DNA of 64,000 nucleotides from Anolis carolinensis (Eukaryota): NCBI RefSeq assembly GCF_035594765.1, contig NW_026943821.1, positions 15,593,608 to 15,657,607 of the forward strand, read 5' to 3'. Shown piece by piece: positions 49,726 to 60,800 of this stretch (position 1 is its first letter; each line of letters starts with the position of its first letter). The notes under the pieces were generated by a model. It saw only the letters and a program-made list of their open reading frames with translations, ran no database searches and was not told where the DNA came from. The position numbers and the translations under genes were made by a program.

Positions 49726-50871
49726 AATGCAATATATATAGTAATAATCAGCAACCAAAGCAACACAAATCTTCAGATGATGATAACTCAGATATCAAGT
49801 CCTGTTGAGAAGGATCGTCCTCTTCAGAAGCTCTACTCCTCTGGATGTGACACGCAAGACAGTGGCCCACAATGAGGATACAATGAGACTCAATCTCTGT
49901 AGCTATTCCAAACATCTCTTGTATGAGACTCTGTTCTAATGTGAGATACATGTTTATCTCAACCATAACTGTTGTTAGTTTTTGTTTCAGGATGTAACCA
50001 CAGGCAAGTGTAATCATAGTCATTGCTCGAATCCCCAGACAACTATTGTTCTCCGCACTGTAGTTCTTTGCTGCTCCCCGGTTGGGGTTATTGATATGAT
50101 ACGAAGATGACAAATATTTTTGTACTGCCCGTTTCAGTCCCAGGATGCATCAGACAAGCAAGTGTTGCAAACAGTAAAGAAATGTTTTCAATTAATAAAA
50201 AGTAAAGATGCATTGTGCAATTGCAAGCCTTTTCCTATTCTGTGCATTCTGCAAAGAGGAGGTGTACTTTTGATTGGTGAACCTTGTTCGGGGCTCCATG
50301 GGCATGCACAAACTCTATTTTTTGCCAGACAGACAAAGGAAGTATTGCAGACAGTAAGAAAATGCTCAATTAAGAAGGGAAATCCCTATCAGTGCCTGAA
50401 TTATCCTATCAGTGCCTAATTCAAGTAACTGGGCAGTTCATTGAATTTTTTAAAAAAAAACCAGAAGCAAACAAGGCAAAAGTAGGAAGCAATTTATTAC
50501 TTTGCAACTAGAGGTCCTCTTGAGCTGTTTGCTTGAAGTAACAAGCAGTCTGGGGATGGGAAAGTGAAGGAATTGAAAGTGATGCCTTGAAGACTCCCGC
50601 AGTCACGTCTCACTGTCCCCAAACTTGCTGTAGCAGTTCTTTGAACTTATCGTACTATTGGAAGAAATTTTTTTAGAAAACATTGATAATGTCAACAGAA
50701 GATACTTAACTCTTTGGGTCACTTTTGGAAGCCCAAAGACAAGTGTTCCGCATTTATTAAAAAGTAGGGTCTGCAAATAACTTTAAGACTGCTTTGAGGT
50801 GGCTTGACAGTGACATATAACTTCATCGGAAAGTGTTTAGCACATGGAAATGGAGCCCTAAACACCTTCTA

Positions 50872-51140
50872 GGAGCCTCCGGTGGCCTAGGGGATAAAAG
50901 CCTCGTGACTTGAAGGTTGGGCTGCTGACCTGAAGGCTGCCAGGTTCGAATCCCACCTGGGGAGAGCGCGGATGAGCTCCCTCTATCAGCTCCAGCTCCA
51001 TGCGGGGACATGAGAGAAGCCTCCCACAAGGATGGTAAAACATCAAAACATCCGGGCGTCCCCTGGGCAACGTCGTTGCAGACTGCCAATTCTCTCACTC
51101 CAGAAGCAACTCCGGTTGCTCCTGACACACACACACAAAA
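50872..51140 (+). mobile_element. Full-length SINE with Vingi-type tail
   Basis: GGTTCGAATCCC B-box; 8-bp TSD CACCTTCT. Confidence 0.8.
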
Positions 51141-52388
51141 GCACCTTCTGATGAAGTCATGTTTCATTGTCATGCCACCTTGAAGCACATGGAAACGGAG
51201 CCCCGTGGGAGTCCCATAGAGGCCATCACATGATGTAAGAGTACTTGGTGGGACTCCGTAGGGCTCCGTTTCCACAGCACATGGAAACAGAGCCTTACAC
51301 CTGTCTTCAGGAGTCAGGTGTTAGTCAACTCCAAAGGAAGAAAAGCAGGAGAGACAGGGGGGATACACATCTATACAGTAATGATATAAGATGATTGGCC
51401 ATCCCTCAAGACAGGGAAAGAAGGTAGGGAACGGTGTAAGATGGTTCCCTCTGCTTTCCCTCTGCTCGTGGGATGAAGTCATTAGTACCGTGAAGAATGT
51501 TTCAATACATTGTTAAAGGACTCACAATCCATGCTGTAAGCTTCGTGTGATTATTGTCTTACTGATACCACAGTATGCTCATCAAAGTATGAGAAACAGC
51601 ACAAATCAGCACTTACCCTCCATTTGATAACACCACATTTCCGAAACCATAGAAGTAACTGAGAATTACAGTAGGACCCTAAATTAGGATAAATGTATCC
51701 CTTGTTACATTGCTGTTAGAATGTAATATTATAGCTATGGTACATTGTATACTATAGCTATAATATTACACAAATCATGTAATGTGACTGTAATGTAACA
51801 TACCATACATTAGATAAAGGAAAAGGTTTTCCCCTGACGTTAAGTCCAGTCGTGACCGACTCTGGGGGTTGGTGCTCATCTCCATTTCTAAGCCGAAGAG
51901 CTTGTCTGTAGATACCTCCAAGGTCATGTGGCCGGCATGACTGCATGGAGCACCGTTACCTTCTTGCTGGAGCGGTACTTATTGATCTACTCACATTTGC
52001 ATGTTTTCGAACGGCTAGGTTGGCAGGAGCTGGGGCTAACAGCGGGTGCTCATTCCGCTCCCCGGATTTGAACCTGGGACCTTTTGGTCTGCAAGTTCAG
52101 CAGCTCAGCGCTTTAACACACTGTGCCACCACCAGGGGCCCATACATTACCATAATATAATCTATCCCAATCAGTATTAGAAGAATTATTGCAGGTTATA
52201 AATTAGCTGTAACAAATTTTGCAAGTTCTTTTCCACATCTATCTGCTGACTTGGGGGCATCAGATGGACAGCACCAGTCTGAAGTGTTATCTAGTACATT
52301 TTTATTGGTAAGTCCAGTTCTTTATATATAACCAGATGGTTATGATACCTGAAACCATCATATGCAGTTTCTGTTTTTGTACATTCTC

Positions 52389-53567
52389 TGTCAAAGACAG
52401 AACGCCACCAAATAGAGTACAACACAGTTTATTGAAGTTACAGAACTAAAAAATGCCCGTAGGAAGCAAAGGACTAGGCAAACACTTGTCTTCAGTGTGA
52501 AAAGCAACGGAAACAGCTCCGTTTGAATTAAAACGGTTCGAAAGAATAAACCGGATTAAACAGGAGTTTAATCCGGATTAAATCAAAAGTGCTTACTTCA
52601 GCCTGGCAATTTAAACAAACAAGTTGGTAAACAGAGGTCAAAATGAACACAAAAAACTGGCAGCAGACTCCTCTCTGCTACTCAAAAGCTACAGATGAGT
52701 AACTCAGGCTGTTTACTCCTCCGTGCAACGAGCGAAATCCAGGTCCAGGCACATCAATCAGGGTAACAGCGGTCAGCAGGGTCCCAATCCGGTCCAAGGT
52801 CGAAAGCCAAGTGCAGACGTCTATAGTTCCACAAGTTCCACCTATAGCCACAGAAGGGATAGTCCAAGGTCGTAGTCAGTCAGTCAGTCCAGCGTCAATC
52901 CAGAGTAGGTAATTAATGTCCGTCAAAAAGACGACGGAGGTCCAAGCTATCAAGATTAAACACAAGTTGCACAGAAAAACCCCGCACAGTTCCTCCCGCC
53001 GTCTATGCCCAGTGTCCTTAGTAACTTACGTATCCAGCAACGAATCACACCCGTCTTCAGGAAGTTCCCCAACAAGAGCCCAAGCGTTCGTCCAGATTAC
53101 CTTGCCCAACGCAATTAGCCATTGATCCTAAACCCCATTTTATCCCAGTTCATAACTCCTCATCGCTGTCAGCTGCTATCCTAATTCCAGGTGCCTCATC
53201 ATCATCATCCTCATCAGAGCTAAAACACCTTTGACTACGCCCCACAGCATCCCCAGCTGTGGATCCCGCTCCATCCCTCCAGCCCGTCCATGGGTCTGAT
53301 CCTGCAACCCGCCAATCGCCTCCCATGCTATCATTGCCGGTGACACCCAAATCCTCCCTCACACGAGTCCACTCCATGTCATCCTCCTCTGAGCTAACCA
53401 TCTCTTCCTTCATTCCCTCGGTAAAACCCTCAAATGAGTCTTCATCTGTTGGTTCTGCAAATAAGTCCCGGAGCCGTTTCCTTTCACGCTCCTCAAAAGA
53501 GTCTGACTCTCGAGGAGTCTTACGACCCCGTCTCCTAGTACCGGAGCCAGAAGGCTCAACCATAACA
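52389..53567 (-). mobile_element. Solo LTR (Gypsy-like, 1179 bp) with an acidic ORF in U3
   Basis: TG...CA; perfect TSD TTCTC; minus-strand TATA-like GATAAAA at about 53140 and AATAAA at about 52430. Confidence 0.87.
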
Positions 53568-54096
53568 TTCTCACAAATGCGGTCAACCTTCCATGATTGC
53601 CACCTGCATGAGGCAAATAGAAAGTACTTAGGCAGATTCAAATATCCTAAAATACTGGGTGAAATGTGTCTATCTCTTAGGTCCATTGGCCTGCCAACCC
53701 ACAGGCCTCCCCACAACTCTGTCATTATCAAGTTTCAAGTTAAAACTCAGCCATTCGAGGTCTGAGTCCAAAAAGAAATAGGAAACATCTAACAAATCAC
53801 AATTAAACTCAGTAATAATGCTGGGTACCTCTCTATTTTTTTTAACCTGAATGTCATCCTGACCTAAGGGCAAAAGAAGCAAAATTATTGCTGGATTGTA
53901 AACCAAATATATTACTCATTAGAGGAACTGAGGACAGGGACGGGGAAGTATAATTCAACTCTCCAGGAAGAAAAATCGCATAAAACAGGAATCAAAGGGG
54001 TGAGCCAAAAAAAATTACATTGCATTTTCTTAATCGCTGAACCTGCCTGCCACCTTAAAAGAACGGACGGACACCTCACCAGGCAGCCCTACCACC

Positions 54097-54148
54097 ATGG
54101 AAGTCACCAAGTTGTTGGCTACCTTTCTGTTGCTGCAGCTGTCTTTTG
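54097..54148 (+). CDS. Kallikrein-like exon 1 (signal peptide)
   Basis: Strong Kozak context; hydrophobic 17 codons + 1 nt; GTAAG donor. Confidence 0.85.
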
Positions 54149-57100
54149 GTAAGGACCTCCGATTTCATGGTAGCAATAATGTGAAACTAGGATGGGTGTA
54201 TAGATATGAAGGGTCTGTATGCTTTGTTTCTTTTTCTTCATGTGAACATTTCTATAGCAGCTTGTGTGCAAGTGGCCCATATATTTAGCTTAAGGGCTGA
54301 ACTTCTTTCCACCCCAAATTCAGCTATATTGATGGGTGATTCCACAGCATAAAAATACCAGCATAGTTCTGCTTTTTGCTCTTAATGAAAATAACTAAGC
54401 ATTTGAAGAGACATTCCAAAATTTTAGATGCAGGTGAGTGAATAAAAGCTATGAAACTATTGGTGATAGTCTAATGGTGAGGAGGACATGGCACTTTGAG
54501 ATCCCAGGAGGACAGACCTGAGTTCTCCCACCCTTGTCTTACATTCTGACATTTCTTCTGAGCTGCATATTATCTGGTTGCTGGTAGGAATGTGTGAATG
54601 ACATATGGTAGGCTGATAGGCCTACCATCAGTGCTAAATCTAATTGCAAATTTCTACTGGAGAAATCTCAACTTTGGGGTTGTTGTATGTTTTCCAGGCT
54701 GTATGGCCATGTTCCAGAAGTATTCTCTCCTGACGTTTCGTCCACATCTATGGCAGGCATCCTCAGAGGTTGTGAGGCTCTGAGGATGCCTGCCATAGAT
54801 GTGGGCGAAACGTCAGGAGAGAATACTTCGGGAACATGGCTTTACAGCCCGGAAAACATACAACTACCCTGTGATCCCAGCCATGAAAGCTTTTGACAAC
54901 ACAATCTCAACTTTGCCTCAAGGCATTCCTCTTCTTGCAGATGGTCAAATAGTACACGCACCATGGCCAGCACCTTCCCTCACCTGCTACTACAGTAGAG
55001 TCTCACTTATCCAACATTCTGGATTATCCAACGCATTGTTGTAGTTTATGTTTTCAATATATTGCGATGTTTTGGTGCTAAATTCATAAATACAGTAATT
55101 ACTACATAGCATTACTGTGTATTGAACTACTTTTTCTGTCAAATTTATTGTATAACATGATGTTTTGGTGCTTAATTTGTAAAATCATAACCTATTTTGA
55201 TGTTTAATAGGCTATTTCTTAATCTCTCCTTATTATCCAACATATTCGCTTATCCAACGTTCTGCTGGCCCGTTTATGTTGGATAAGTGAGACTCTACTG
55301 TATCTAGATGTGTTGGGTTGTGTGTGCTTCCATGTCTTCAGGACAACTGTAAAAACATGGCAACCAAATGAATTTCACAAGGTTTTCTTAAGCAAGGAAT
55401 ATTCAGAGGTGGCTTTTCCAGTTTCTTCTCTAAAATAAAGCCCACAGCACCTGGTATTTCCTTGTAGTTTCCTATCCAACTAATAATCAGAGCTGACTAT
55501 GCTTAGCTTCCAAGATCAGGTGGTAACTGATGCTTTTAGGGTAGTTAGATGGTTATACAATTTCAAAGATTTCCCAGTCAGCTAGCTGTGACATTAGAAA
55601 GTATGTCTGGAGGGCTGTTGCCTGGGAAAGGCTATTTTGACAATAATTGTTGCTCAATCCAGGCACAAATTCTTGCTTTACTCTCTCAGCACCCTTCACA
55701 ATTATGGTGCCTGCTCTAAGACAACTTATGGTGCAGTTAGGTAAGTCTAGGCCAGACATGGACAAACATTGGCCCTCCAGGTGTTTTGGACTTCAGCTTC
55801 CACAATTCCTAATAGCTGGTAAACTGGCTGAGATTTCTGGGAGTTGAAGTCCAAAACACCTGGAGCGCTGAAGTTTTCCCATGCCTGGTCTAGGCTGTGG
55901 ACTTTGAAAGTACGCTCGTCTCATTCCCTTCAAATGGTCTTAGGAAGGAGCAGCACTGTGTTCTTTCAATGGTAATATGTCTTACTTTCCTGATCTCAAA
56001 ATATGGTGAGCCAAGTTGTCCTCTTTCTTGTTCATGCTGCAGAATGGGAATGTGGACATCTGCTTTGATCTGTGCTGATCTTGCTATTGGCTCCACTCAA
56101 GGCGGGCTTCCATTGCAATTTCAAATGGGATATTTGAGTTCACGCGTTTATGATGCTGGCGTTGGGAAGCTCTATATATGTCAGAGTTGCACTTTCCTCC
56201 CAAAGTGTTCAACCTCCACAGAAATAGAAACTGTATTGATCTATTTTAAGACCAAATATTCACAAGAAAACCATGGACAAAATACGTAGTTGTCCTGTAT
56301 GTTAATAGCAAACGTATGTTCCCATGTGTATGTATGTGCCTTCAAATCCCTTATCGACCAATGTTGACTCCATGAAATTAATAGGATTATCTTAGACAAA
56401 GGTTGCTCAGGAGAAGCCGGGTTAGTCCCTTCCTCTGAAATACAGTCTAAGATAATCCAATGTAATTGGAGGAGAGATGCAATTGTGTATTTAAGCATTT
56501 TGGTTTGCGTTTCATGATGTGTTTTCTTGGTCTATGTTGCAGCATTGCCATCTCGTAACTGGATCATTGGAGGTGAGGAGTGTGCTGAGGATGGACATCC
56601 TTGGCTCGTGTCGATCTATGGCTCCAACTGGCTCCAGTGTTCAGGAGTATTGATCAATCAGGACTGGGTTCTCACTGCTGCTCACTGCTATAAACGGTGA
56701 GAATTGTTGGCTGTTTAGAAACTAGTTAGAAATGTTCAGCAATGCTTTCGTCAGTTTTGTCCCAGAGCCTAGAAAAGTTTCTTGCTTAGATATAGACTGT
56801 CAGAACTGTCTGGAGCCACATTGGCAGGAGGATTCTGGGATGTTTCATTTAACATGTGAAGAAAATGCATTATACAGTCATGTAACTTGTTAGTTAGTTA
56901 AATGTATAGCCTAGTTTTTAGACTGCGTGCGGACAGAGTGACAGCCTGGTTGTTAACTTAGTCTCATGACATTGCCTACAACAGGGCTGAGAAATCTTGA
57001 GCATCAATATTATTATTTTCTTTTTTACACAATATTTGTTAAAACGTTTGTTATATTTATTTATTTATTTTCTTTATTTACAGTATTTATATTCCGCCCT

Positions 57101-57833
57101 TCTCACCCTGAAGGGGACTCAAGGCGGATTACAATGAACACATATATGGCAAACATTCAATGCCAACAGACAAACAACATACATTAGACAGACTCAGAGG
57201 CATTTTTAACATTTTTCCAGCTTCACGATTCCGGCCACAGGGGGAGCTGTTGCTTCACCGTCTAGTAGTGGCTGTACTTCCGCATTATACATCATTTCTT
57301 ATACAGCAGACCCATAATACAGTGTTTCCTCGCTACTTCGCTGTTCGCTTTTTGTGGATTCGTTGTTTTGCGGCTTTTCAATAAATCATACAAAATTACG
57401 ATTTACAGTGAATAGTGTATTTTCTCAGAAAAGTAGGATTTGTGCAACGGCCGCTTGCCAATGTGAGATTGTAAACAACACACGATGGGTTGATTGATGG
57501 AAAGCGGCCAACCAGAGGATGCTGCTCTGTATCCCAGTCGCTGATTGGCTCAGTAACCGTCGCATCTTGTTTTCTTTCATTTGTTCACAGCTCCAGAAAT
57601 GGGAATGAGACAGGGTTACGTAGTATATAAGTGTGTGGGGAGGGTTTATAAAGACTTAAAATAGTGTATAACTACTAAAATAATGTATAAATAGTAAAAT
57701 AAATATAGTGTCCCTACTTCATGGATTTTCACTTTCCGCAGGTGGTCCTGGAACATAACACCACGATAAGTGAGAGAACACTGTATTCAATATTTAATAC
57801 AATTCTACAATACATTTTTGCATCCACTGTTTT

Positions 57834-57886
<53 letters not shown>

Positions 57887-60800
57887 ATACCATCGTGTTG
57901 AGCATCCCTAATGTTGCATGGAGTATGTCTTTTAAATATAAACCACCTTGGCTAACAAACAAGGAAATTATATAGACAGACACACATTTTTCAACATGGT
58001 ACTCTAACCGTGAGATTTCTTTCCCGAGAAACAAGGAAGAATTGTTGGAAATAGCAATCTTCTTCAAGCCTCCACTAATAATTTGTTTGTATATTATTCT
58101 GTTTGCTTACTGTGTTCTATATGTATGTTTTGTTTTGTTATGCAGCTTCCCTTTATTCTAGGTTTCTTGAGGTTGTGGGAGGGGCTAAGGATCACATGAT
58201 CAGATCTGGGACTGCTGAGATCTTAGATTCCATTTTAGAACACAGAATTTGGATTGTTAAGACTGATATCCTATCTACACCAATAATTTAATTATAGTTT
58301 CAAATTAGTATTGAAAAAGGTGGTTCATTGTGCAGGTGATTACATAGGATATCCAAAAACACATTGATGTGCATTAAGGGCTTTCTTTTGCACACTTTTA
58401 TGGTAGTTTGTTGTCTGCTTGCCACTATTTGAAGCAAGCTTTGCACTACATTAAATCATCAGTGCAGATAGGGCCTAAGATTCTGAGAGTTGGGAACCCC
58501 ATTCCCAACCTATTGTTGGATTACATCTCCCAAAATTGGCCATGCAGATTCGGGGTTCTGAGAGTTGAAATTCCAACATATGGAAAGTCAAGGATAGGAA
58601 GAACTATCACAAGAAATCTGCCCACCTGTGCCCTGTTTCAAGAGCTCCATACTGTCTTTGCTCTGTCCTTGTAGATCTGGAATGCAGTTGAAGCTTGGAG
58701 TACACAACAAAGAGGTGCCGAGAGAGGGAGAGCAGTTAAGAACCTCTGCAGAAGCCAAATGCTATCCAGATGCTGCCAGCTCTGATTCCAACAACTGTGC
58801 AGAGAAAACCTTTGTAAATGATATAATGCTGGTCAAACTGAATGCCCCTGTTGACTACAATGACAACATTCAACCTGTTCCCCTGCCCACTGCTGTACCC
58901 GAAGTGGGAACAGAATGCAAAGTGATGGGCTGGGGCACCATCCACAGTTCTGAAGGTAAGACATGGTTGCACATAGCTCTTTCAGGTGTTTGTCTAAAAC
59001 CAGACCAGAGCTCAGTGCCCGCCTATGAGCCCTTTCACACTATACAATTATAGTACTTCAGTGCCACTTCATGACTCCAACCTATTGTTGGGAAATCATC
59101 CTGGACTACTCAAGTCCAAATGTAGTTAGATAGATGATAGAGTTAGATTGAGGGAATCCTTTCCCTGTTTCCAAAGCATGCCTAGATAGGCTTTACTGTG
59201 TTTCACTCTATCCTGTTTACGTCACATCCCTTACTTTGAAGTTAGTAGAAATGTGAATCTTTAGGGACACTAACTTCCCATTGGTCAGAATGTCTTTTAT
59301 GGCCCCAATAAACTGGACCATGCGGTTGGAACCATTTTTGGTTCTCCCTTCTTCTTTTGTTCTTCAAACTAACAAACAGCATCCTGCCATCTCTCCTGGC
59401 AAGATGTAACTATGTAGATGTTTGTTATTTTTCCTTTCTTATTTTTCCTTAGAAACCAGTCTATAGTAATCTAGACAGCTCCCAAGCTTTTCTATCTACA
59501 ATGGAGTTCTTTTTACCTAAATAAATAATTTTTGAACTTTTATTGAGACTCTGCAGTCCATTGCAATCCTAAAGGCTTCTCTTGCTCGCCAGTGTAAGTA
59601 ACTGTTGCATTTGAAAGCTTTGCTTTTGCTACTCTGCTGATTTTGGTGGAATCTCCCCCAGAGAGGGTTAAATTGAGTCTAACCATTCAGAGATTACCAC
59701 AACACCTATGGCATCCTGTTGTCGACCGCGTTTTAGGGGATCGGGCCCTTAAGGAGAGACCCGACCCGGTCCTGAGAGAACGGACCTTGGCGGAGCCAAT
59801 AGGAAAATATGAGCCACAATACAACCTGAAGCCGAAATGAAGAAGGTCCGCCGAAGTTGAAGGAAAATTCCGCCAAGGAGTCTTTATTGAGCGATTCAGC
59901 TGAAAAGGACTCTAGTAGTGATCATTCAGTCTACTAGGGTACCACATAATCAAAATAAAGCCATATTTATACAAAGTTTCAGTCTGACAGCCCTTTGAAT
60001 TTCCCGCCCTGCTCCCCCGCCCATCTGATCGCTGATAGGCTAGAAGGTTGAACAAGGCGGGCTTTCATTTCCCGCCTTGCTCCGTTGGCCCAATAGGAAG
60101 CTGCTTTTTGTCTCTACTCGAGCCAATCAGGAAGGAGAAGGCGGGAGTTATTGAAACAATGAAGTGACAGGGCAGGAAAGATCGGATTAATTCCTGCTAG
60201 ACCGATTTCTAAAGGGATTAATGGCAGCAATCAAGGATGTCCGGGTTTCTGTCACGTATACAGATTTTAGATATGCCTTGGGGTGTCAGAGGTGGAAGTA
60301 GAGATGGGTGGTGATGAGCCATAATTGACAGGCTCTGCAGGGCGCCTTCCTGAGGTGTCCTGGATTTTCCTTTGGGTGAGATATGACAATGTTTGTCTTG
60401 AGGCAAATCACCTTTAGGACAACACTCCGAATTCGGCGACTCAAGCCCTATATTGTCCATGCAATCTGAATTTGATTGGGTTTAGCGGTGGCAGATTATC
60501 CTTTTGTTTTTGGGAAGGGAAGCCTGGGTCATAGGAAATGGGATAGGTTCTGGGGTTCAGGTTGAGTTCAAAATATTTCCTATTTGATTTCATGACTTGA
60601 CAATTATATGAAATAAAATGAAAAATAAAATAAAGTTGGAATATAAACCCTGCTGGGAAAAATACATATTTTCCGGGGATCCCAAAGAGTACAAATACAT
60701 ATAGGCAGACAGATAGATTTCATGGAAATAAGGGAGAATCCATAAAAGTGAGTTACATTGCATAAAGGGGAATCATGAATGATATAAACAATTGAAAATA

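Noticed and set aside
49601-49732. Poly-leucine N-terminal extension of V2R-D shown in the ORF track
   Set aside because: It starts at TTG, not ATG, and is just the (TTA)n tail of a retroelement that happens to be in frame.
788-55300. Recurring TTGGATAAG / CTTATCCAA repeats as a CRISPR-like array
   Set aside because: They are MITE terminal and subterminal repeats in a vertebrate genome, without regular spacers.
1269-59704. The two matching LTRs as ends of one giant provirus carrying the V2R cluster
   Set aside because: Each LTR has its own separate TSD and there is no gag/pol adjacent, so they are independent solo LTRs.
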